Positions 19,174-31,800 of a stretch of DNA of 64,000 nucleotides are shown piece after piece. The notes under the pieces were generated by a model, which saw only the letters and a list, made by a program, of their open reading frames with translations, did not search any database and was not told where the DNA came from. The position numbers and the translations under genes are program-made. Source of the stretch: an uncultured Gemmatimonadales bacterium (GTDB lineage: Bacteria; Gemmatimonadota; Gemmatimonadetes; Longimicrobiales; RSA9); the NCBI GenBank assembly GCA_963798845.1, contig CAWCUS010000006.1, positions 384,001-448,000 on the forward strand, read 5' to 3'. Numbering within the stretch: the stretch's first letter is position 1; the number at the start of each line of letters is the position of its first letter.

Positions 19174-21899
19174 GGCGGGGACCGGCGGACGGACTGCGGA
19201 GCGTGCCGGACCGGGTGCGAGGCGTGTGGCGGCGGCTGCGGGTGCTGTGGGCGCGCGATGCGGTGGAGCGTGAGCTGGCGGAAGAGCTTCGCTTCCACAT
19301 CGAGATGGAGACGGAAGCGGGCGTCCGGGGCGGTCTGGAGCGTGGTGAAGCGCGGAGGCGGGCGCTGGTGAGGTTCGGGGGGGTGGAGCGGTACAAGGAG
19401 GCGGCGAGGGACGTACGGGGGGCGAAGTGGCTGGAAGACGCGGCGCGGGACGTGTGGCATGCCCTGCGTCGCCTGCGGAGGGAGCCGCTGTTCGCGGCGG
19501 CCGCCATCGCGACGCTGGCGCTGGGGATAGGGGCGAACACGGCGATCTTCAGCGCGGTGGACGCGGTGCTGCTGCGAGCGTCCCCGTTCGCGGAGCCGGA
19601 TCGGCTGGTGATGGTCTGGGAGACGGACCGGGCGAGCGATACGCACCACGAGCCGGCGTCGTGGCCTGATGTGGCCGACTTCCGGGAACGTTCGCGGATG
19701 CTGGCGTCGATCGGCTCGGTGGTGGGGCAGGACCTGACGCTCGGGGGCGAGGGGGAACCGGAGCGGGTCAGCGCGGTGGCGGTGACGCCCAACTTCCTAA
19801 CGCTGCTGGGTGTGCGGCCGGTGACGGGGCGCCTGTTCACGCAGGAGGAAGGCGACACCGGCGCCGGGCAGGTGGTGCTGCTCGGAGAGGAGTTCTGGCG
19901 TGCCCGGTTCGGCGCGGATCCGTCGGTGGTGGGCCGTACTCTGACGCTGGACGAGCGCCCCGTGACCATCGCGGGCGTGGTGCCCGCCGGGACCGAGCTG
20001 GGAATCCGGCAGGTGCACGAGCGGGCGGACTACGCCCCGTCGTTCAGCGGCGAAGGGGTGGACATTTGGCTGGCGTTCCGCCCCACTGCGGACGCGTTCC
20101 CGCGCGAGACGCACCCGTTCCTGACGCTCGGGCGGCTGGCGCCCGGGGTGTCGCTGGCGGCGGCGCAGTCGGAGCTGGCCGGGATCTCGGCCGAGCTGGA
20201 GGCGGCGTATCCGGAGAACCGGGACCGTGGCGTGAACCTGGAGCGATATTCGGACGTGGTGTTCGGGCCGGTGCGGCCGGCGCTTCTGGTGCTGCTCGGT
20301 GCCGTGGCCCTGGTGCTGCTGGTGACGTGCGCGAACGTGGCGAACCTGCTGCTCGCCCGAACCGCGGCGCGGTTCCGTGAGGTGGCGCTCCGGCGCGCGC
20401 TGGGGGCGGCCCGGCGGCGGATCCGCGCGCAGTTCATGGCGGAAGCGGTAGTGCTGACGGTGCTGGGCACGTTGGCCGGCGTGGCATTGGCGTACGCCGG
20501 ACTCCACGCGCTGGTGGCGCTGGCGCCGGCGGACATCCCCCGGCTCGCCGAGGCGCGTGTCGACGGCTCCGTGCTCGCCTACACGGCGGGCGTAGCCGCC
20601 CTGGTGGCGCTGGCGTTCGGCATGCTGCCGGCGTTCCAGAGCCGCCGGCTCGACCTGCACGGGGCGCTCCAGACGCAGCCCGGACCGCGCGTCTCGGAAG
20701 GGCGCCGCGGCCGGGGCTTTCGGTCGGGGCTGGTGGTGGCGGAGGTCGCGCTCGCCGTGTCGCTGGTCATCGGCGCGGGCCTGCTGCTGCGGAGCTTCTG
20801 GCGGCTCCAGCACGTCGATCCTGGATTCGACGCCGCGCGCGTGGTGAAGGCGCAGTACCAGCTTCCGGACTCCCGCTATCCTCGCGACTTCTCACGCTGG
20901 CCGGACATCCCGGAGATCACCGATTTCCACCGCCGCTTTCTGGAAGAAGTCCGATCGATTCCGGGTGTGGCCGCGGCCGGCATCGCCGGCGGCCATCCCC
21001 TGGACCCGGGGTTCACGAACTCGTTCGTGATCGTGGGCCGCGAGGCGGAGTCATCGGATTTCCCGGAGATCCGGACCCGGTTTCTCTCGCCGGGCTACCT
21101 CGCGACGATCGGCGTTCCCCTGCTGGAGGGGAGAGAGATCCGCCCGGGCGACGACGCCCGCGCCACCCCCGTGGTGCTGATCAACCGGGCCGCTGCTCGG
21201 CGCTATTTCGCGGGGAACGATCCGATCGGGCAGCACATCATCTTCTGGGGCACGGATCGGGAGGTCGTGGGCGTGATCGGCGACGAGAAGTTCGAGGGCG
21301 TGGACCGGCCCACCGAGCCAGCCGCCTACGCCCCGCTCGCCCAGAACCCGTTGCAGGTGGCGGCCCTGCTCGTTCGGGCCGAGCCCGGCCGCGACCCGAT
21401 GGCCCTGGTCCCCGAGATCCGGCGTCGCTTCCACCGGCTCGACCCCCGCCTGGCGCTGTTCGCCGTCGAGCCGCTGCAGGCGACGGTGGCCGGGAGCATT
21501 GCCGGGCCACGCTTCACTGCCGCGCTCCTCGCCGTGTTCGCGGGGCTCGCCCTGCTCCTGGCGCTGGTCGGGGTTCACGGGGTGTTGAGCTACACCGTCG
21601 CCCGTCGCACACCGGAGCTGGGAATCCGGATGGCACTGGGCGCCAGCCGCACGCGCGTGATGCGGGCCGTGGTGGGGGAGGGCATGGCGCTCGTGGGCGC
21701 GGGCGTGGCGATAGGCGTGGCAGGCGCCCTGCTGGCGTCGCGGCTCCTGGGGTCGCTCGTTTTCGGCATCACCACGACGGACCCGGCGACCTACGTCGCG
21801 GTGGCTCTGGCCGTGCTGATGGTGGCCGCCGTGGCGAACCTGGCGCCCGCCTGGCGGGCCGCCCGGGCGGACCCGGTGGAAGCCCTGCGGGCAGAGTAG
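19170..21899 (+). CDS. duplicated orphan ABC permease (ADOP; MacB/FtsX x2)
   Basis: [35 protein letters not shown] and ADPVEALRAE motifs; ATGA overlap with padR. Confidence 0.93.
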   Translation: MRRGPADGLRSVPDRVRGVWRRLRVLWARDAVERELAEELRFHIEMETEAGVRGGLERGEARRRALVRFGGVERYKEAARDVRGAKWLEDAARDVWHALRRLRREPLFAAAAIATLALGIGANTAIFSAVDAVLLRASPFAEPDRLVMVWETDRASDTHHEPASWPDVADFRERSRMLASIGSVVGQDLTLGGEGEPERVSAVAVTPNFLTLLGVRPVTGRLFTQEEGDTGAGQVVLLGEEFWRARFGADPSVVGRTLTLDERPVTIAGVVPAGTELGIRQVHERADYAPSFSGEGVDIWLAFRPTADAFPRETHPFLTLGRLAPGVSLAAAQSELAGISAELEAAYPENRDRGVNLERYSDVVFGPVRPALLVLLGAVALVLLVTCANVANLLLARTAARFREVALRRALGAARRRIRAQFMAEAVVLTVLGTLAGVALAYAGLHALVALAPADIPRLAEARVDGSVLAYTAGVAALVALAFGMLPAFQSRRLDLHGALQTQPGPRVSEGRRGRGFRSGLVVAEVALAVSLVIGAGLLLRSFWRLQHVDPGFDAARVVKAQYQLPDSRYPRDFSRWPDIPEITDFHRRFLEEVRSIPGVAAAGIAGGHPLDPGFTNSFVIVGREAESSDFPEIRTRFLSPGYLATIGVPLLEGREIRPGDDARATPVVLINRAAARRYFAGNDPIGQHIIFWGTDREVVGVIGDEKFEGVDRPTEPAAYAPLAQNPLQVAALLVRAEPGRDPMALVPEIRRRFHRLDPRLALFAVEPLQATVAGSIAGPRFTAALLAVFAGLALLLALVGVHGVLSYTVARRTPELGIRMALGASRTRVMRAVVGEGMALVGAGVAIGVAGALLASRLLGSLVFGITTTDPATYVAVALAVLMVAAVANLAPAWRAARADPVEALRAE

Positions 21900-21920
21900 T
21901 GGCCCGGGAGGGAGAGCGGG

Positions 21921-24449
21921 CTAGTCGCCGTTCTCTCCCTCGTCCTCCGCCGCCGCCACGAGCTCCAGCTGCTCGTCCGCGTCGTCGCGAGCCGACGCTT
22001 CCTGCCTCCGGTCCGACTCCCGCTCGGAGGCGACCCGGCTGATCTCGACCACCCGGTCGCCCGTCCTCACGGGCACCAGCACCTTGCCCTGGCTGGCGCG
22101 ACTCTGGACGGGGACCTCGGCGGCGGCGATGCGGGCGGCCTGCCCGCTCGCGGTGATCACCATCAGCTCGTCACCCTCGAGCATCTCCTTCGCACCCACG
22201 ACGGGGCCGGTGCGCTCGCTCACGCTCAATGCCACGGTGCCCTGGCCGCCCCGGCCCTGCACCCGGAAGTCGCCGATGGGCGTGCGCTTTCCGAAGCCGT
22301 TGGCCGTGACGCACGCCAGCGTTGCATCGCGCCGGACCACGACCATGCCGACGACGTCGTCGTCCTTCTTCATCCGCACTCCGATCACGCCCTGGGCGTT
22401 CCGGCCCACCTGGGGGACTTCAGTCTCGGGGAAGCGGATCGCCCGGCCGCCGGCGGTCACCAGCACCACGTCGTTGATCCCCTCGCTCACCCGTACGTCC
22501 AGCAGCTCGTCCTCCGCCTTCAGGTTGATGGCGTTGATCCCGCCCGCCCGGATGTTGGCGAATTCGGCCAGCGACGTCCGCTTCACGATGCCGCCCCGGG
22601 TGAGGAAGACCAGGTCGACGCCGGGGTCGTACTCGTTTATGGGCAGGAGCGCCGCGACGCGAAGGCCGGCCTCGAACCCGAGCAGCTGGTTGAGCGCACG
22701 GCCCCGCGAGGCGCGCCCGCCCTCGGGGAGGTCCAGCACCGCGACCTCGTACGCCTGGCCATCCGCGGTGATGATCAGCACTGCGTCGTGGGTGCTGGCG
22801 ATGAAGACGTGCTCGAGGAAGTCGTCCTCGTACCTCTCCATTCCCGCCAGCGCCTTTCCGCTGGTCACGCGTCGGCGGTACAGGGAGACGGGCATGCGCT
22901 TGATGTAGCCCTCGTGCGAGACGGTGATGACCACGTCCTCCTGGGCCACCATGTCCTCCATCTTGAACTCGGCGTCCCCTTCCACGATGGTCGTGCGCCG
23001 ACCATCCCCGTACTTCTCCACTATGCCGTCCATTTCGGCCAGGAGCAGCGCGAACTGCTTCTCCTCCGAGTCCAGCAGATCGAACAGAGCCCGGATCTGC
23101 TTCTTCAGCTCTTTCAGCCGGTCGCGGAGCTCCAGCGTCTCCAGCTCGGTCAGCCGGTGCAGGCGCATGTTCAGGATGGCGTCGGCCTGGATGTGCGACA
23201 GATCGAACATCCTCTGCAGCCGCTCGCTCGCCTGCTCCTTCCCCTTCGACTCCCGGATGACCCGGATCACCTCGTCTATCCGGTCCAGCGCGGTGATCAG
23301 CCCCTCGGTGATGTGCGCTTCCGCCTTCGCCTGTTCCAGATCGTACGCGGCGCGGCGCTGGATCACCTCGATGCGGTGGTCCCGGAATTTCTCCAGGAGC
23401 TCCTTCAGGTTCATCTCCCTGGGGACGCCGTGGTCGAGCGCCAGCATGATGGCGCCGAACGTCGCCTGCATGTAGGTCTTCTTGTACAGCCTGTTCACGA
23501 CCGGCTTCACCTTGGCGCCACGCTTCAGCTCGATCACGATGCGCATGCCGTCACGGTCGCTCTCGTCGCGCAGGTCGCTCACGTCGTCCAGCTTCTTCTG
23601 CCGGACCAGGTCCGCCACCTGCTCGATGACCCTCGACTTGCTCACGCCGTACGGAAGCTCGGTGACCACGAGCTGCTCCTTCCCGCCCCGCTTCGCCTCC
23701 CGGACCACCCTCGCCCGCATGGTCATCCGACCGCGCCCCGTGCGGTAGGCAGCCACGATCCCCTCGGTGCCGATGATGAACCCGCCCGTTGGGAAGTCCG
23801 GCCCGGGAACGTGCTCGATCAGGTCGTCGATCGTGCAGTCGGGGTGCTCCACCAGGTGGCGGAGCGCGGCCGCGATCTCCCGCAGGTTGTGCGGCGGGAC
23901 GTTCGTCGCCATCCCCACCGCGATCCCCGACGATCCGTTGACCAGCAGGTTCGGGAGCTTCGATGGCAGCACCACGGGCTCGTCGCGCTGGTCGTCGAAC
24001 GTGCGCACGAACTCGACTGTGTCCTTGTCCAGGTCGGCCAGGATCTCCGTGGCCAGCGCCTGCAGCCGGGCTTCCGTGTAGCGGTAGGCGGCGGCGTTGT
24101 CGCCGTCGATCGAGCCGAAGTTCCCCTGCCCGTCCACGAGAGGGTAGCGCAGGCTGAAGTCCTGCACCATCCGCACGAGCGCGTCGTAGACCGCCGAGTC
24201 TCCGTGCGGGTGGTACTTGCCCAGCACCTCGCCCACCACCGAAGCCGACTTCTTGTAGGGCCGTCCGGGGTTCAGCCCCAGGTCGCTCATGGCGAACAGG
24301 ATCCGCCGGTGCACCGGCTTCAGCCCGTCCCGCACGTCAGGGAGCGCTCGCTGTACGATCACGCTCATGGAATAGTCGAGGAAGGACTCCCTCATCTCCT
24401 CCTCGATGAGACGCGGGAGCACGCGCTCGCGGCGTTGCGGCATCACCAT
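21921..24449 (-). CDS. type IIA topoisomerase subunit A (GyrA/ParC family; GyrA-box degenerate)
   Basis: [28 protein letters not shown] and AAYRYTE motifs; beta-pinwheel C-terminal domain. Confidence 0.93.
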   Translation of the reverse strand: MVMPQRRERVLPRLIEEEMRESFLDYSMSVIVQRALPDVRDGLKPVHRRILFAMSDLGLNPGRPYKKSASVVGEVLGKYHPHGDSAVYDALVRMVQDFSLRYPLVDGQGNFGSIDGDNAAAYRYTEARLQALATEILADLDKDTVEFVRTFDDQRDEPVVLPSKLPNLLVNGSSGIAVGMATNVPPHNLREIAAALRHLVEHPDCTIDDLIEHVPGPDFPTGGFIIGTEGIVAAYRTGRGRMTMRARVVREAKRGGKEQLVVTELPYGVSKSRVIEQVADLVRQKKLDDVSDLRDESDRDGMRIVIELKRGAKVKPVVNRLYKKTYMQATFGAIMLALDHGVPREMNLKELLEKFRDHRIEVIQRRAAYDLEQAKAEAHITEGLITALDRIDEVIRVIRESKGKEQASERLQRMFDLSHIQADAILNMRLHRLTELETLELRDRLKELKKQIRALFDLLDSEEKQFALLLAEMDGIVEKYGDGRRTTIVEGDAEFKMEDMVAQEDVVITVSHEGYIKRMPVSLYRRRVTSGKALAGMERYEDDFLEHVFIASTHDAVLIITADGQAYEVAVLDLPEGGRASRGRALNQLLGFEAGLRVAALLPINEYDPGVDLVFLTRGGIVKRTSLAEFANIRAGGINAINLKAEDELLDVRVSEGINDVVLVTAGGRAIRFPETEVPQVGRNAQGVIGVRMKKDDDVVGMVVVRRDATLACVTANGFGKRTPIGDFRVQGRGGQGTVALSVSERTGPVVGAKEMLEGDELMVITASGQAARIAAAEVPVQSRASQGKVLVPVRTGDRVVEISRVASERESDRRQEASARDDADEQLELVAAAEDEGENGD

Positions 24450-24602
24450 TTATGGCTCTCCGTCCACTACAGGTCGGGCGTTCGGCGCTCGGTCACCGCA
24501 ATCTGTGGGATGGCGGGCCTTTCGTCGAGACGGGCCAGAGCCCGACCCAACGTTTCGGCGGCTTCCGGCGTCTTACCCCTTAGACCGTTAGTGGAGGACG
24601 CC

Positions 24603-24926
24603 ATGGAGCTGTTGAAGGGGACGCTGGACGCGATGGTGCTCAAGACGCTGTCATGGGGACCGATGCACGGGTACGGCGTCACGCGCTGGATCCGCCGGCG
24701 AACGGAGGGGGCACTGGAGGTGGAAGACGCCGCGCTGTACCAGGCGCTGCACCGCCTGGAGGCGCGAGGGTGGCTGGAAGCCGAGTGGGGGTTGAGCGAG
24801 AACAACCGGAAGGCGAAGTACTACGCGCTGACGGAGGCGGGCCGGGAGCACCTGAGGTCGGAGGAGGTGTCGATCCGGCGATACGTGGAGGCGCTGTTCC
24901 GGGTGCTGGACGTGGAGACGGGCTGA
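24603..24926 (+). CDS. PadR family transcriptional regulator
   Basis: LLKGTLDAMVLK...MHGYG and SENNRKAKYY motifs; GGAGG RBS. Confidence 0.93.
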   Translation: MELLKGTLDAMVLKTLSWGPMHGYGVTRWIRRRTEGALEVEDAALYQALHRLEARGWLEAEWGLSENNRKAKYYALTEAGREHLRSEEVSIRRYVEALFRVLDVETG

Positions 24927-25096
24927 TGGGGCAGCGGGATGCGGGGAAGCGGCGCCGGCGCAAGCGGGAGCGAATGGCGCCTCCCGGATCGAGCGCGACG
25001 TCGAAGCTCCGCGTTGTGACGGTGCGGCGGGTCGCGGGCGGAGCGAGCGAAGTCAGGGGGCGTCTGTCCATCCCGAAATGCGAAGGGAGCTGAGCC

Positions 25097-27758
25097 ATGC
25101 TGCCGGAGGGAATCCGTCGGGTCTTCCGCGCCCCTCGCCGAGCCGGCGACCAGGCGCGCAGGGACGTGGACGCGGAGATCCGCTTCCACCTGGAGAGCCG
25201 GATCGCGGAGCTCGAAGCCGAAGGGCACGATCGCGGCGAAGCGGAGCGCCGGGCCATGGCCGAGTTCGGGGACGTGGGCGCGGCGCGGCGGGCGCTGGGC
25301 CGGGTCTCGGTCCGACGCGAGCTGTCGCATCGCCGATCGAAGTGGGCCGCCGAGCTGGCCCAGGATGTTCGATTCGGGTGGAGGAAGCTGAGAGCCGAGC
25401 CCGGGTTCGCGGCGGTGGCGGTCCTGACGCTCGCGCTCGGGATCGGGGCGAACACGGCGATCTTCAGCGTGGTGGATGCCGTGCTGCTGCGCCCGCTGCC
25501 ATACCCGCGGGCGGATCGCCTGGTGAAAGTGTGGGAAACGGCCCCGGACGGCACCGCGACGAACGTCGTGTCCAGCGCGAACTTTCTGGAATGGCGAGAG
25601 GCGGCCACGTCCTTCCGTGCGGTCGGTGCGCACTCCTGGCTATTCGGCACGACCCTGACCGGGGTGGAGGAGCCGATGCGGCTCCAGGCGATCCGGATCT
25701 CGCCGTCCGCGCTGGCGGCGCTCGGGTCGGCGGCGGTGGTGGGACGGACGTTCACTGCGGCAGATGCGGAGCCCGGATCGCCGAAGGTGGCTCTGATCAG
25801 CGAGCGACTGTGGCGCACGCGGTTCGGCGGCGCTCCGGGGGTGGTGGGCCGCTCCATCACGCTGGACGGCGAACCGTTCGAGGTGGTGGGGGTCATGCCG
25901 GCGTCGTTCCACTACCCGGACCCGCAGGTGGATGTCTGGCGAGTTCTCGGGTTCGATGCCGATGACCGGGAGAACCGGCGGTCGCACCAGTGGAACGTGG
26001 TGGCGCGACTCCGGGACGGCGTCTCGCAGGAACGTGCGCAGGCGGAGATGGACGGCATTGCCGACCGCATCAGGACGGACCACCCGGAGGCCATGACCGG
26101 GTGGGGCGTGAACGTGGTGCCGTTGCGGGACGACATCGTCGGTCAGGCGAGGACGCTGCTGCTGGTGCTGATGGGAGCGGTGGGGGTGGTCCTCCTCCTC
26201 ACCTGCGTCAATCTGGCCAACCTCCTCCTGGCGCGAGCGACGGTGCGCGAACGGGAAGTGGCGGTGCGTGGGGCGCTCGGCGCCGGACGCCGCCGCCTGG
26301 TCCGGCAGCTGCTGGTGGAGAGCCTGCTCCTCGGCGGGATCGGCGGCGCAGTGGCGGTGGTCGTTCTTCTTCTGGGGCTCAACGGGCTGGTGGCGCTGGC
26401 GCCCTCGAACATCCCGCTGCTCGACGCTGTGCGCATCGATGCTCGGGTCTTCGCCTTCGCGGCTCTCGCCACGATCGTGGCAACGCTGCTGTTCGGGCTG
26501 GTGCCCGCGCTCCGTGCCACTGCCGGGGCTCCCGGCCAGGCGCTGCGGAGCGCGCGCGGATCCGGCATCGCGCACGGCCGCCTGCGGGCCGGGCTGCTGG
26601 TGGCCGAGATGGCGCTCGCGGTGGTACTGGTCGTCGGCGCGGGGCTGCTCCTGCGGAGCATGGTCCGGCTGAGCGAGGTCGATCCGGGGCTCGACGCAGC
26701 GAACGTCCTTCTGGTCCCGATCGATCTGCCACCGTCGTACCCGACCCCGGCCGCGCAGCTCGCGTTCTACAGGTCGCTGCTGGACCGGGTGGGCGGGATG
26801 CCCGGTGTGGTCGAGCGTGGCGGGGACGAGCGAGCCGCCGATGATGGGCTACCAGATAACCTTCAGCTACTACATCGAGGGCCGCCCCGCCGAGACTGCC
26901 AGCGGGCGGGAGGAGGACGAGCGGCTGCTGGCCGTCACGCCTTCGTATTTCAGGACGCTGCGGATCCCGATCCTGGAGGGACGCGGCTTCGAGCCGTCGG
27001 ACCGGGAGGGCGGCACTCCCGTCGTGATCCTGAGCGAGAGTCTCGCGCGCAAGCAATGGCCGAACGGCGGTGCCCTGGGCAGCCGGATCCGCTTCTCGGA
27101 GGAGCTGCCCTGGTTCGAAGTGGTCGGGATCGTCGGGGATACGCGGGTGGATGGACTCGACCAGCCCGCGCCCCCGGCCCTCTATCTCTCCTACGCCCAG
27201 CGGCCGTGGTCGTGGATGTCGTGGCTCGCCCTCACGATCAGGACCAGCGGGGACCCGACGTCCCTCGCCCCGGCCATCCGGAACGAGCTGGTCCGCCGGG
27301 ATCCCACGGTGCTGCCCGAGCGAATCGCCACGCTCCGCCGGCTCTACTCCGAGAGCGACGCCCGGCGCCGGTTCGCCACCGTGGTGTTCGGCGGATTCGC
27401 CGGGGTCTCGCTCCTGCTGGGGCTGGTCGGCGTGTACGGCGTGATGTCGTACATGGTGGCGCAGAGGACCCGCGAGCTGAGCGTGCGGATCGCTCTGGGC
27501 GCTCCCCGCAGCACGGTGGCGGTCGGGGTGGTCCGCCGGGGCATCGGGCTCGCTCTGGCCGGGATCCTCATCGGCCTGGGCGCCGCGCTCGCTCTTTCGC
27601 GTTTCATGGCGACGCTGGTGTTCGGCATCGGCACCCGCGACGCCACGACCTTCACCGTCATCCCCGTCGTGCTCCTGCTGGTGGCCGGGGCAGCCGCATA
27701 CGTGCCGGCCCGTCGGGCGACGCGGGTGGACCCCATGCAGGCGCTGCGAACGGACTAG
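25097..27758 (+). pseudogene. ADOP-type ABC permease interrupted by +1 frameshift near 26810
   Basis: Homology to the first permease ends at ..MPGV (ORF 25097) and resumes in ORF 26805..27758 ([10 protein letters not shown]...[11 protein letters not shown]); removing one G restores the frame. Confidence 0.85.
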
Positions 27759-27775
27759 GCGGCGTCCGGCGGAGC

Positions 27776-28702
27776 TCAGCGGCGCATCAGCTGCCGGGCG
27801 ACGAACCAGAGATTGGCGGGCCGTTCCGCGAGCCGGCGGACGTACCAGGGGTACCAGTGCTCGCCGTACGAGATGAGCACACGCACGGCCTCTCCCTCCG
27901 TCGTCATCTCCTCCTGGAGGTCCGTGCGGATGCCGTAGAGCATGTGGATCTCGAAGTCGCCCGGCGCCACGCCGTGCCGACGTGCAGAGGATCTCACGCG
28001 CTCGAGGAGGTGCTGGTCGTGGGTCCCGATGACGGGTTTGGCGGCCGCCACGTACGCCGGATCCCGGAACAACTCGACGGCAAGGTCGTGGAAACGGCGG
28101 TCGACGTCCTTCTTCCGGGGGAGCGCCACGTCGGCGGGCTCTCGATACGCCCCCTTCACCAGGCGCACCCGAATGCCCTCGTCACGTAGCGCGGACAGGT
28201 CGTCCGGGGTGCGGTGGAGGTAAGCCTGGAGGCAGACGCCGACATGGGACGAGAGGTGGTGCGCCCCACGGACGAGGTCGAGCGTTCGATCGACGTAGGA
28301 GCTGTCCTCCATGTCCACCCAGACCACGGTGCCGAGCGCGTCGGCCTTGAGCACCAGCCGCTCGAGGTTCTCCCGTGCCAGGTCCGCCCCGAGATCGAGC
28401 CCGATGTGCGTGGGCTTCACCGAGACCTGGCCGTCCACGCCCGACGACTCGATCCGCTCCAGCACGCTCTCGTAGTGGGCGGCAGTGTCGATCGCTTCGT
28501 CGGAGCTCGCGACGTTCTCCCCCAGCTCGGTGATCACGACGCCGATGCCGCTCCGCCCCACCCGGTCGGCGGCGTCGAGTGCATCCTCCAGCCGCTCGCC
28601 GGGCATGAAGCGCAGGACGGCCTGGCGGGCGAACGGACGCGTGCTGATGTAGCGCTCGAGGCGCGGCGACCTGGACATGCGGAGCAGGAGGGACCTCAAC
28701 AT
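27776..28702 (-). CDS. proline dehydrogenase (monofunctional)
   Basis: [46 protein letters not shown] and RRLAERPAN motifs. Confidence 0.95.
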   Translation of the reverse strand: MLRSLLLRMSRSPRLERYISTRPFARQAVLRFMPGERLEDALDAADRVGRSGIGVVITELGENVASSDEAIDTAAHYESVLERIESSGVDGQVSVKPTHIGLDLGADLARENLERLVLKADALGTVVWVDMEDSSYVDRTLDLVRGAHHLSSHVGVCLQAYLHRTPDDLSALRDEGIRVRLVKGAYREPADVALPRKKDVDRRFHDLAVELFRDPAYVAAAKPVIGTHDQHLLERVRSSARRHGVAPGDFEIHMLYGIRTDLQEEMTTEGEAVRVLISYGEHWYPWYVRRLAERPANLWFVARQLMRR

Positions 28703-28899
28703 GGCGAGCCTGTGTCTCCCGAAGCTGGTGGGCGGGGGGCCGGTCCGCGACCGGCGACAACGACCGCGGCCCTGGCCGGCTCTCGTATTACGGCGACCGC
28801 GGCGCGGGTGTCAAGCTCACGCGCCGGGCGTGCACCCGGCGGCGGAATCGTCTCAATGCGCTATTCCGGTGCCCCTACTCGGCTGCGGTATTCGCCCGC

Positions 28900-31800
28900 A
28901 TGGCGAATCCAACCACCCTCGAAGCGCTGGCGCGCGCGGCGAACCACCGGGCGGGGCTCCTGTCGCTCCTGCGCGGGCTCGGCTTCGGCGGCCACGGCGA
29001 CGAGGTCCCCGAGCCGGTGTGGCCCGCCTGGGGGGTGGCGCCGCGTGGTGACGTGGCCGCGCTGCTGCTCGCGGGGACCGTCGGCACGCTCACCGCCGTG
29101 GTCCTCGAGCTGAAAGGGCGGCTGTGCGGTGACACGATCGCGGCCATCGCCGGCGCCATCCGGCGACGCAATCCAGCCCTCCTCTACCTGTTCGCGTTCT
29201 CCAGCCGCGTCTTCGAGGAGGTGGCTCTCGCCACGTTCGCCGCGGATTCCGAGTTCCGATACCTCCGCTTCGAGCCGGAACGACTGCGGCGCTCCGACCT
29301 GGATGCCCTCTGCGAGCTGGTCGCCGGCCCGGGCGAGACGGGGCTGGAGCTGGCCCTCCGGCACGCGCGCGCCCTCGACCGGTCCCGCATCACGCGCCGC
29401 TTCTTCAATGAGTTCCGCGCCCGGCGCAACGCCGTTTCCCGCGCCTGGACCGGAATCCCGGCAGTTGCGGAGCGGGAGCGGTCGGAGCTGGCGCTGCTGC
29501 TCCTCAGTCGCCTGACCTTCCTGTACTTCCTGCAGCGCAGGGGAGTGCTGGCCAGTGACGACCGCTACCTGCCTCACCTGTTCGGCGCGTGGTCGGACAC
29601 GCCCGGCGCGGGCTCGTCGTTCTACCGGGCCCGGCTGCGGCCGCTCTTCTTCGAGTCGCTGAACCGGCGCGTGGAGGAGCGCGCCCCCGCCGCGGCGGCG
29701 CTGGGCCCTCTGCCGTATCTGAACGGCGGTCTGTTCGAGCCTCACCCGCACGAGCGCGCCTGGCCGGGGCTGGACCTGCCGGACGCCGAGATGCGGGCGA
29801 TCTTCGACGACCTGCTCGAGCGGTACCGGTTCACCCCCCGCGAAGCGCTCGGGGGCGGCGGCTTCGGGGTGGACCCGGAAGTGCTCGGCCGGGTGTTCGA
29901 GGGGCTGATGGAGCCGGACCGCCGCCTCGATACCGGGAGCTACTACACCCCGTCTCACGTCGTCCACCGGATGGTGCACGAAGCAGTCGCCGAGTACGTC
30001 GCTGGGAAAGTCCCCGGCGTCGACGTACGCACCCTGCTGGCAGGCTGCGGCGCCCCCCTCGACGCGGCCGCGCGTTACCGGACCCGCAGCGCACTGCAGC
30101 GCGTGCGGGTGCTCGATCCTGCGTGCGGGTCGGGCGCCTTCCTGGTCGGGGCCCTGCACCACCTCGCCAGGGCGCTCGGCGCCGTGTCGGATGGCGATCC
30201 CCACGCGATCCGCGAATCCATCGTCGCCCGCTCACTGCACGGCGTGGACCTGCTCGATGACGCCGCCCTCCTCTGCTCGCTGCGGCTCTGGATCGCCCTG
30301 GCCGACGACGGCGGGGGCGAGGTCCGCCCCCTCCCCAATCTGGACCGCCGGATCCGACAGGGCGACGCCCTCCTCGATCCGCTGGACCTCGCTGCGACCG
30401 AGACTGCGCCTGGCGACGACTGGGTGCCCGCCTCCGATCCCGACCTCCGGCACGCGCTTCGGGCGCTTCCCGCGGCGGCACGCCGCTACGTGACCTCCGA
30501 CCCGAAGGCGAGGCCGTCCGCACGCGCCGGACTCGCCCGGGCCGAAGCCGCCCTCGCCCGCCACTGGGTGCGGGCCCTCTCCGCCAGACAGAGCACGTGG
30601 CTCCGCCATTTCAGGGCAGTCGCGGCAGACCGTGACCTGTTCGGCGACAAACCGCGCAGTGCTCGAACCGCCGAGACAGCATGCCGGCGCGCGGAGGAGC
30701 GACTGGAAGAGCTGAAAGTCGTGGCCCGCCAGCTCCAGGAGAAGGGATCGCTCCCGTTCTTCAGCTTCGGCGTCCATTTCGCCGCCGCGGAGCGAGGCTT
30801 CGACATCATCGTGTCGAACCCCCCGTGGGTGCGTGCCCACCGCTGGCCCGCGCGTCTCCGGACCGTGGCCGCCAAACGGTTCGAGGTGTGCCGTGAGCCG
30901 GGGTGGCCGGCGGCCACGCGCCTCACCGGCGTTCCGGCGGCCGCCGGGGCACAGGTGGATCTCTCGCTCCTGTTCGTCGAGCGGTGCGTGTCGCTGCTGG
31001 CTCCCGGCGGCGTGGTCGCCGTGCTGGTGCCGGCCAAGACGCTGCGCGCGCTCTACGGCGGGGCCATGCGCCGCATCCTATTGCGGGACCTCGAGTTCGC
31101 GTTGATCGAAGACCACTCGCTCGACGCCGGTGCCATGTTCCGCGCCGATACGTTCCCGGCCGTCCTCGTCGCGCGCCGGCCGACCACGCCCGGATCCCGG
31201 CAGGCGAACGGGCGGCCCGTCCGCGTCCATCTCGGGCGGCACCACGCGGCGCCGCTGGAGTTCGTGGCGAACCAGCTGGACCTCCCGGTGTTCCCGGGCG
31301 ATCCCGCGTCGCCCTGGCTGCTGGCTCCCCCGGATGCCGTGGCCGCGTTTCGGGCCATGCAACGAACCGGTGCGCCGCTGGGAGACAGCGGCCGACCGCG
31401 GGTCCATCGCGGCGTCATGACCGGTGCGAACGACGTCCTCCTGCTCAGGCGGGCCGAACCGCGTCTGGGCGGCCTGTGCCGGGTGGAGGCGGAGGGATAT
31501 CGGCGCCTGCGGCAGGGCGGTGGGGGGAGCCGGGAGGCGGCGCGCTCGAGGGCGTACGTGGAGACTTCGGCCGTGCGGCCGCTGGTGCGTGGTGCGGACA
31601 TCAATGCATTTTGTTATCGGACTACGAGTTACGTCGTGTGGTGCCACGAGGCGTCCGGCCAGGCCGTGGAGCCACCGCCTCGCATGGGTCGATATCTCTC
31701 CAGGCATCGGGCAGCGCTGGAGGCCCGGCCGGGCTGGCGCCCCGACATGCCGCTGGGTGCGGTGTTTCGCGTCGCGGCGGCGACGCTCGGGCCGAAGGTA

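Noticed and set aside
25097..28189. 1,030-aa permease ORF as given in the track
   Set aside because: After ~26810 it is out-of-frame read-through overlapping proline dehydrogenase; the real C-terminus is in ORF 26805..27758.
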